The notes beneath the pieces were generated by a model. The model saw only the letters and a list, made by a program, of their open reading frames with translations. It ran no database searches and was not told the DNA's origin. A DNA stretch of 64,000 nt from Sulfitobacter sp. (GTDB taxonomy: Bacteria > Pseudomonadota > Alphaproteobacteria > Rhodobacterales > Rhodobacteraceae), in the NCBI GenBank assembly GCA_049794055.1, contig JBARCL010000128.1, forward strand, positions 5,127-69,126, written 5' to 3'. Every line of letters begins with the position of its first letter. Positions within the stretch are counted from its first letter, which is position 1. A program made the translations under genes and the position numbers. Below are positions 58,309 to 64,000 of this stretch, in pieces.

Positions 58309-59246
58309 CCCTTTTCCGAGTTTTGATCTGTGCCGCGTTGGCGGGCATCCTAGCCTCCTGCGGGGGCGGTTCTGAACGTGATATCAGCGGCGCAAAACAG
58401 GTGCTGCCGACCATCGGATCATCGGGCGGGGCACGCAGCAATGTGCAGGCGAAAAAGCTGTTTGGCGCGAAACCGCTACCCTCGCGGCAATCATCGGCTG
58501 CTTTTGGCAGTTATGCCAAGGGCTGTTTGGCAGGCGGGGTGCAATTGCCCGAAACCGGGCCAACATGGCAAGCCATGCGTCTGTCCCGAAACAGAAACTG
58601 GGCGCATCCCGAAACGGTTGATATGGTCAAGAAGCTGTCGGCCTTTGCCGCGACGCAACCGGGTTGGGCGGGGATTTATGTGGGTGACATGAGCCAACCG
58701 CGCGGCGGACCGATGTTGACCGGCCATCGCAGCCACCAGATCGGGCTGGATGCCGATATCTGGATGCTGCCCCCCAAATCACTGGGTCTGAGCCGTAAAC
58801 AGCGCGAGAACATTTCGTCCATTTCCATGCGCCGTTCCAATGGTGCTTATGTGAACAGTTCGTGGACCAAAGCACATCACAACATCCTTAAAGCGGCCGC
58901 CAAAGACCCGCGCACAGCGCGTATTTTTGTATTCCCCGGCGCAAAAGTGCAAATGTGCGCCGATGAAAAGGGCGATCGTAGCTATTTGCGTAAAATCCGG
59001 CCCTGGTACGGGCACCACTATCACTTCCACGTCCGGCTGAACTGCCCCAAAGGGATGCGCGGATGTGTGAATCAGACCCCGCCACCGGCTGGTGACGGCT
59101 GTGCGGATGCGCGTCAGTGGCAGGCAAATATCCTGAATCCACCAAAGCCCAAGCCAAAAGACCCGAAAGCCAAGCCCAAGTCGCCCCGCCGCGAACTGGT
59201 GCTGGCAGACCTGCCTGCGCAGTGTCATGCGGTGTTGGACAACTGA
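58305..59246 (+). CDS. mepA: Penicillin-insensitive murein endopeptidase (lipoprotein)
   Basis: Lipobox LASC; GSYAKGC, RNWAHP, GDMSQPRGG, HRSHQIGLDADIW, HFHVR. Confidence 0.92.
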   Translation: MTLFRVLICAALAGILASCGGGSERDISGAKQVLPTIGSSGGARSNVQAKKLFGAKPLPSRQSSAAFGSYAKGCLAGGVQLPETGPTWQAMRLSRNRNWAHPETVDMVKKLSAFAATQPGWAGIYVGDMSQPRGGPMLTGHRSHQIGLDADIWMLPPKSLGLSRKQRENISSISMRRSNGAYVNSSWTKAHHNILKAAAKDPRTARIFVFPGAKVQMCADEKGDRSYLRKIRPWYGHHYHFHVRLNCPKGMRGCVNQTPPPAGDGCADARQWQANILNPPKPKPKDPKAKPKSPRRELVLADLPAQCHAVLDN

Positions 59247-60118
59247 AGCGTCTCATCTGCGCGTTTCTGGTGGCGTTCAACTGCGCCATCTTACCCGCTT
59301 GCGCGGAGCCCATGCTGCGGCGCGTTTCCGTCGTCACATGGGAATGGGACAACTCATGGTTCGGCGGGTTTTCCGGTTTGGAAATATCGCAGGACGGTGG
59401 TTTGATGACCGTGTTATCAGATCGCGGAAACCTGGTGCAGGCAGATTTGATCCGGGAAAATGGTGATATTCAGGCGATCACACCAAAATTCCATAGTGCG
59501 CTTTTTGATCAGAATGGCCGCTTGCTCGAGCCGGACTTTCGAGATGTTGAAGGGCTGGCGATCGCATCTGATGGCACAGCTTACGCGTCTTTCGAGCTTG
59601 AGCACCGTGTTGTGCGGCTGAACACGCAGACAAGTACCACATATGACCTGCCAGGTCATCCTGACTTTGGCCAACTGGCCAAGAATACCGGACTGGAAGC
59701 GCTGGCAATTCACCCAGACGGCAGGCTCTTCACGCTTTCGGAAGCTGCGGCGGATGCATCCGGCACGACGCCGCTTTATAGCTTAGAAAACGGGCGCTGG
59801 CGGATCATCCACCGGGTGCCGGTATCGCGGCCGTTCCGCCCTGTCGGCGCGGATTTCGACGACCAAGGGCGGCTCTATCTATTGGAGCGCGCGGTCACCC
59901 CGCTGGGATTCCGAACCCAGATCCGGCGTCTGGATCTTGGTTCTGAAACCATCAAAGCAGCGGTGCTGCTTACGACTCTGCCTGCTGCTTTTGACAACCT
60001 TGAAGGGCTCAGCGTCTGGCGGGATCAAACTGGTGGCCTGCGTTTGACGCTGGTTTCCGATGACAACTTCTTTCTGTTGCAAACCACCCAGATCGTCGAG
60101 TTTGCGCTGTCGGAATGA
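59222..60118 (+). CDS. Esterase-like activity of phytase family (beta-propeller) protein; start uncertain
   Basis: FGGFSGL, SDRG, DVEGL, GLEAL, DNLEGL, VSDDNF; signal-peptide-like N-terminus. Confidence 0.82.
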   Translation: MSCGVGQLKRLICAFLVAFNCAILPACAEPMLRRVSVVTWEWDNSWFGGFSGLEISQDGGLMTVLSDRGNLVQADLIRENGDIQAITPKFHSALFDQNGRLLEPDFRDVEGLAIASDGTAYASFELEHRVVRLNTQTSTTYDLPGHPDFGQLAKNTGLEALAIHPDGRLFTLSEAAADASGTTPLYSLENGRWRIIHRVPVSRPFRPVGADFDDQGRLYLLERAVTPLGFRTQIRRLDLGSETIKAAVLLTTLPAAFDNLEGLSVWRDQTGGLRLTLVSDDNFFLLQTTQIVEFALSE

Positions 60119-60153
60119 CTTGCGTTGCCTGCCGCAAAGGCCTAAAGCGCCCA

Positions 60154-60202
60154 GGTCTGCGATACCCGCAGGCCAAGTCGCCGCACCCTTGCACAAAACG
60201 GT
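60154..60202 (+). ncRNA. Putative preQ1 class I-like riboswitch
   Basis: P0 hairpin 60154-60174; P1 CAAG/CTTG; 10-nt loop TCGCCGCACC; tail CACAAAACGGT forming pseudoknot GCCG/CGGT; ends 7 nt before the yhhQ ATG. Confidence 0.7.
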
Positions 60203-60209
60203 TTTAAAT

Positions 60210-60830
60210 ATGACACGCAACACCCTCCCCGGCATCATTGCCATGGCCGCCATCGTTGTGGCCTCAAACATCCTTGTTCAATTTCTGTATGGCCAATGGC
60301 TCACGCTTGGCGCTTTTACCTATCCGCTGGCTTTTCTCGTCACCGATGTGATGAACCGCGTCTATGGATCCGCAGCGGCACGCCGCGTAGTTCTTGTCGG
60401 TTTTGGTGTGGGGCTGGTCTGCTCTCTCATCGGGACGCAGATCATGGGCGAATTCGGCCCGCTGGTCACTGTCCGCATCGCGATCGGATCCGGCCTTGCA
60501 TTCCTTGTGGCGCAGCTGCTTGATGTGTCGATCTTTTCGGCCTTGCGTGGCGGTGCATGGTGGCGGGCGCCGCTGGTCAGCACCCTAATTGGTGGCACTC
60601 TGGATACAGCGCTTTTCTTCTCTGTCGCCTTCTCTGGTGCACTCAGTTTCATTCACCCCGCGACCGATGTCAGCTGGGCCTCGGAAATGCTGCCAATCCT
60701 CGGCTCAGGACCGGTTGCACCTCTCTGGGTTTCATTGGCTTTGGCGGATTGGGCGGTGAAACTTTGCATCGCATTACTGGCATTGATCCCGTTTCGGGTC
60801 CTGACGTCTCGGATCGTAAACGCAGGCTGA
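60210..60830 (+). CDS. yhhQ: Queuosine precursor transporter (YhhQ/COG1738)
   Basis: VVASNILVQ, GAFTYPLAFLVTD..YG..ARR, RIAIGS..AF..AQLLD, S..IG..LDT..FF. Confidence 0.9.
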   Translation: MTRNTLPGIIAMAAIVVASNILVQFLYGQWLTLGAFTYPLAFLVTDVMNRVYGSAAARRVVLVGFGVGLVCSLIGTQIMGEFGPLVTVRIAIGSGLAFLVAQLLDVSIFSALRGGAWWRAPLVSTLIGGTLDTALFFSVAFSGALSFIHPATDVSWASEMLPILGSGPVAPLWVSLALADWAVKLCIALLALIPFRVLTSRIVNAG

Positions 60831-60931
60831 TCGTTCAAATTACCGACATTCGGGTCAAAAAAGTTCTTTGCGTTCTGACAAACCTGTGCAACGATTCAGG
60901 TGAGTTCAACAAATGCAAAGGAGGTGATCTA

Positions 60932-60988
60932 GTGTCAAGAAAGGTACTGGAGCGAGGTGTCGGAACAGCTTGGGAGGTATCCCGTTAG
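60932..60988 (+). CDS. Putative 18-aa small peptide MSRKVLERGVGTAWEVSR
   Basis: GTG start immediately after AAAGGAGGTGATC (60917-60929); TAG at 60986-60988. Confidence 0.5.
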   Translation: MSRKVLERGVGTAWEVSR

Positions 60989-61058
60989 GGCAGCCCCTGA
61001 CGGTCGAACAGCCTGAGTGGATTTCGGTCTAACCGATCCCCTCCTTAAGCCATTCATG

Positions 61059-61098
61059 TGGGCCGCTCCGGTAAACGGGGCGGCCCATTTCTTATTTT
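61059..61098 (+). terminator. Intrinsic terminator
   Basis: 12-bp stem TGGGCCGCTCCG/CGGGGCGGCCCA (one G-U), loop GTAAA, tail TTTCTTATTTT. Confidence 0.85.
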
Positions 61099-61147
61099 GG
61101 CCCAACTCGGTTTTGACCTTGGGCCTGCAGAATGCGACAAGGGCCGC

Positions 61148-61570
61148 ATGTTACGCATCAACGACACCATCAGTATTCAGGACTGGGAACTCTCCGAGCA
61201 ATTTGTCCGCGCCTCCGGTCCCGGCGGGCAGAACGTGAACAAGGTGTCCTCGGCAGTTGAGCTGCGCTTTGAAGCCGCCACATCACCCTCCTTGCCACCG
61301 CCGGTCAAAACGCGGCTGCGACGTCTGGCCGGTCGACGCTGGACCAATGAAGGCGCTTTGGTGATTCAATGTGACGAAACCCGCAGTCAGGCCCGCAATC
61401 GCGACATCGCACGGCATCGCCTTGTGGCCTTGATCACTCAGGCGCTGACGCCGCCGAAACGGCGGATCGCCACACGCCCCACCTTGGGGTCCAAGAAACG
61501 GCGGTTGAAGGCCAAGAAGGTGCGCGGCGACGTCAAGGCAATGCGCGGCAAGGTCGATCCGGACACCTGA
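61148..61570 (+). CDS. arfB: Alternative ribosome rescue peptidyl-tRNA hydrolase ArfB
   Basis: SGPGGQNVNKV, RSQARNR, basic C-terminal tail (PPKRRIATRPT..KKRRLKAKK). Confidence 0.95.
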   Translation: MLRINDTISIQDWELSEQFVRASGPGGQNVNKVSSAVELRFEAATSPSLPPPVKTRLRRLAGRRWTNEGALVIQCDETRSQARNRDIARHRLVALITQALTPPKRRIATRPTLGSKKRRLKAKKVRGDVKAMRGKVDPDT

Positions 61571-61591
61571 GGGTCGGCGTTACGCCCTTTC

Positions 61592-62332
61592 TCAAGTCTT
61601 GCGCAGAATATAGATGTCCATAATCCAGCCATGGTTCTCACGTGCCTCGGCCCGCATTTGGACAATGCGGTCACTCACGTCGGCCAAGGGCCCTTCGCAG
61701 GTAATCTGCTCTTTCATGCCCACATAGCCGCCCCACCAGATGTGCACGCCCGCAGGTGGCACCGTCTGAAACGCGCAGGTGCCGTCCAGCATGATCGCCA
61801 GCGTGTCTACTCCAGTCGGCCACCCCTCGTCCCGCAACCGCCGACCTGTGGTGACCACAAAAGGCGCACCGATATCGTTGATCGGAATCGCATGCGCCGC
61901 CGTCAGCGCCTGCAAGGATGTAATGCCGGGGATCACTGTTATCTGTGGCACGGGATCCAGACGCGCGGCAATCCGCAAGGTGCTGTCATACAGCGATGGA
62001 TCGCCCCAGACCAACAGCGCCACATTGCCCGTTGCGCCAGCCCCCATAGCCTCGGTCCAAGCCCGCGCAATTGCATCATGCCAATCATCCACCCGTTGGC
62101 GGTAATCCGGCGTTGCCTCGTCACGCACCGGCAGATCGAATTCCACAATGCGGGTGCTGGTGTTGGTCAGAACCGCGTCGCAAATCGCGCGGCGCAGCTC
62201 TGCCAAATCGGCCTTGCCCTTCCCTTTGCGCGGGATAAGGATCATGTCTTGAGCGTTGATCGCGCGCACCGCCTGAAGTGTCAGATGCTCGGGGTTGCCG
62301 GTGCCGATACCGATAAGGGTCAACTGCATCAT
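61592..62332 (-). CDS. cobF: Precorrin-6A synthase (deacetylating)
   Basis: IGIGTGNPEHLT, WGDPSLYDS, PGITS, GWIMDIY. Confidence 0.92.
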   Translation of the reverse strand: MMQLTLIGIGTGNPEHLTLQAVRAINAQDMILIPRKGKGKADLAELRRAICDAVLTNTSTRIVEFDLPVRDEATPDYRQRVDDWHDAIARAWTEAMGAGATGNVALLVWGDPSLYDSTLRIAARLDPVPQITVIPGITSLQALTAAHAIPINDIGAPFVVTTGRRLRDEGWPTGVDTLAIMLDGTCAFQTVPPAGVHIWWGGYVGMKEQITCEGPLADVSDRIVQMRAEARENHGWIMDIYILRKT

Positions 62333-62333
62333 T

Positions 62334-62636
62334 CTACCCCGGTATCCGCGCAATAGCTTTGGTGCGCAGGCTGCCCAGCACGCGGGCGTCCGCAAAGGTG
62401 CCATCTTCGGAGGCCGCATAGAGCCGTGCAAAGGTCTGCAATTCGGCCAGATCGTCGCGGCTCAGATCGCCAAACAAATAAGCCACCTTGCCGCTTGCAC
62501 GAAACGCCACAGTCTGGGCGCGGGTACAGCCGGACATGCAATCGACGCTTTCAACTTCGACCCCCTGCAAACCTTCGCGCAGGAAATCGACGAAATGCGC
62601 TTCGGGTGCGCAGGATCGACAAACCGAAACCTTCAT
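62334..62636 (-). CDS. DUF1636 family Cys-rich protein
   Basis: VCRSC, CMSGC, YLFGDL, ARIPG; inside the cob operon. Confidence 0.82.
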   Translation of the reverse strand: MKVSVCRSCAPEAHFVDFLREGLQGVEVESVDCMSGCTRAQTVAFRASGKVAYLFGDLSRDDLAELQTFARLYAASEDGTFADARVLGSLRTKAIARIPG

Positions 62637-63358
62637 GTTTCCGGCTCTGCCAGAGGGCCGTAAAAGATCAATGCGGGCGTTGTGCTGGTGGTCATTTCCA
62701 GATGTAAGGCAAGGCTGGCGATGGTATGGCGCGTCAGTTTCTCGGCAGGGGTCGATACCGCCTCTGCCAGCATGGCAGGAGTGTCATCAGGCAGCCCGTA
62801 TTCGATCAACCGTGCGGCCAACCCTGCGAAGGTGCGTTTGCCCATGTAAACAACCGTAGTGGCAGCGGGATCGGCAAGGGCCGCCATGTTCACGTCATCT
62901 GGCAGGTCACCGGTGACATCCGCCCCGGTAATGAACTGGACCCGCCGTGCGGTCAAACGGCGCGTCAGCGGCATTCTTGCAGCAGCCGCAGCCGCAGAAG
63001 CAGACGTCACACCTGGAATAATTTCAAAGGGGATACCAGCCGCCGTCAGCGCGGTAATCTCTTCTTCAAGTCGGCCGAACATCCCGCTATCGCCGGACTT
63101 CAACCTGACAACCCGCAGCCCCGCCTTGGCGTGATCAACCAGAACCTGCGACACATGATGCTGCTTGGGAGAGGCGCGTCCTGCCCGTTTACCGACGCCG
63201 ATAAGATCGGCTTCTGGCCCCGCGTGCTCAAGAATCGGACCGGCGCTCAGATCGTCAAACAGCACAACTTGGGCTTTTTGCAACCGGTCGACGGCCTTGA
63301 CCGTCAACAGTTCGGGATCGCCCGGACCGGAGGACACAAATGAGACAAAACCCCTCAT
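62633..63358 (-). CDS. cobA: Uroporphyrinogen-III C-methyltransferase
   Basis: GPGDPELLT, VRLKSGD..FGR..EE, IPGVTS, VYMG. Confidence 0.93.
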   Translation of the reverse strand: MRGFVSFVSSGPGDPELLTVKAVDRLQKAQVVLFDDLSAGPILEHAGPEADLIGVGKRAGRASPKQHHVSQVLVDHAKAGLRVVRLKSGDSGMFGRLEEEITALTAAGIPFEIIPGVTSASAAAAAARMPLTRRLTARRVQFITGADVTGDLPDDVNMAALADPAATTVVYMGKRTFAGLAARLIEYGLPDDTPAMLAEAVSTPAEKLTRHTIASLALHLEMTTSTTPALIFYGPLAEPET

Positions 63359-64000
63359 CCTTCTTCACCGATCATATGGAAGAATGTACCGGTCGCACGG
63401 CCGCCCCCCTCGAAATCGCGGGATGATCCGGTTTCGCCGACCTCCAAATCATTGCTATCGGTGATTTTGGCCAGCGGCGTATCAGGTTCGTTCAGAATGG
63501 TCGCGTAGTGGAACTCGTGACCCCGCAACCGCGCCTTCGCGCCAAAACCGGGGATCGCCGCGTTCAGCGTCGCCTTGCGATAGCCGAGGTGGAACTTGCG
63601 TTTCTCGAACGACGTCTCAAGCCCCAAAAGACCCGTCATTTCGTGACGCACCCCTTCCTTGTCGACCAATCCGGCCCCCATCGCCATATAGCCACCGCAT
63701 TCACCATGCACCGGCTTGCTTTGCGCAAACTCTTTGATGTTATTACGGAATTTCGTGGCAGCGGCCAGCTTTCCCGCATGGAGTTCGGGATAACCGCCGG
63801 GCAACCAGCATACATCGGCGGAGGGATCAGGCGCTTCGTCCGCCAGCGGTGAAAATGGCAAAACCTCTGCCCCTGCCACCCGCCATCCGGCCAGCAAATG
63901 TGGATAGACAAAGGCAAAGGCAGCGTCTTGTGCCAAGGCGATGCGTTGGCCGGGTGGAATGACGGATGCAGGCGGGGGCGCATTTTGTAACGTACCCGCC
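63355..64000 (-). CDS. cobB: Cobyrinate a,c-diamide synthase, C-terminal glutaminase domain (partial, start beyond the window)
   Basis: DAAFAFVY, LPGGYPEL, GECGGYM, LGYR, GHEFHY; frame stays open to the window end. Confidence 0.92.
   Translation of the reverse strand, partial: AGTLQNAPPPASVIPPGQRIALAQDAAFAFVYPHLLAGWRVAGAEVLPFSPLADEAPDPSADVCWLPGGYPELHAGKLAAATKFRNNIKEFAQSKPVHGECGGYMAMGAGLVDKEGVRHEMTGLLGLETSFEKRKFHLGYRKATLNAAIPGFGAKARLRGHEFHYATILNEPDTPLAKITDSNDLEVGETGSSRDFEGGGRATGTFFHMIGEEG

Larger units (their letters stand above)
60903..61098 (+). ncRNA. Putative small structured transcript carrying an sORF (5' end approximate)
   Basis: Promoter-like TTGCGT at 60868 with a weak -10 near 60890; long-range SD/anti-SD pairing; internal hairpin; terminator. 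Confidence 0.55.

Noticed and set aside
60917..60929. Match to the 16S rRNA 3' end on the minus strand as a possible rRNA fragment
   Set aside because: Only 13 nt, with no flanking rRNA similarity; better explained as a Shine-Dalgarno sequence.
60903..61098. tmRNA or 6S RNA identity for the small RNA
   Set aside because: No tRNA-like acceptor/T-arm or ANDN-type tag frame, and no clear 6S central bubble or usual genomic context; not excluded without a covariance-model search.
1..64000. Mobile elements, prophage/GTA genes, tRNAs, CRISPR arrays and a cobalamin riboswitch
   Set aside because: No transposase, integrase or phage motifs, no cloverleafs and no regularly spaced repeats were seen; the cob operon leader lies outside the window.

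Overview
A gene-dense, apparently core chromosomal segment from an alphaproteobacterium of the Roseobacter group (Rhodobacterales; inferred from gene content and order). It holds about 57 CDS. These include housekeeping genes (accD-folC, ilvD, gpmI-envC-ctpA, polA, recQ, zapE, yaaA, arfB), the distal end of an aerobic cobalamin operon (cobB partial, cobA, DUF1636, cobF), an isolated paaI-paaK pair, and mbfA with a perfect Irr ICE box. There is also a MoxR/DUF58/BatA-DUF4159/vWA cluster, an alpha-2-macroglobulin-pbpC-DUF1007-Ni/Co transporter run and a soluble hybrid histidine kinase. I saw no tRNA, rRNA, IS, prophage or CRISPR array. The most interesting signals are non-coding and lie at about 60.1-61.1 kb. 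(1) A compact preQ1 class I-like riboswitch pseudoknot sits directly upstream of the queuosine-precursor transporter yhhQ. (2) An unannotated ~190-nt transcription unit upstream of arfB carries an 18-codon ORF, a 13-nt perfect Shine-Dalgarno, a distal anti-SD that can sequester it, and an intrinsic terminator. Also notable are an ABC-exporter-like protein with a degenerate ATPase and a C-terminal cNMP-binding domain coupled to a CPBP protease, and an in-frame DUF1203/zinc-finger read-through. All family calls come from motif recognition by eye; no database searches were run.
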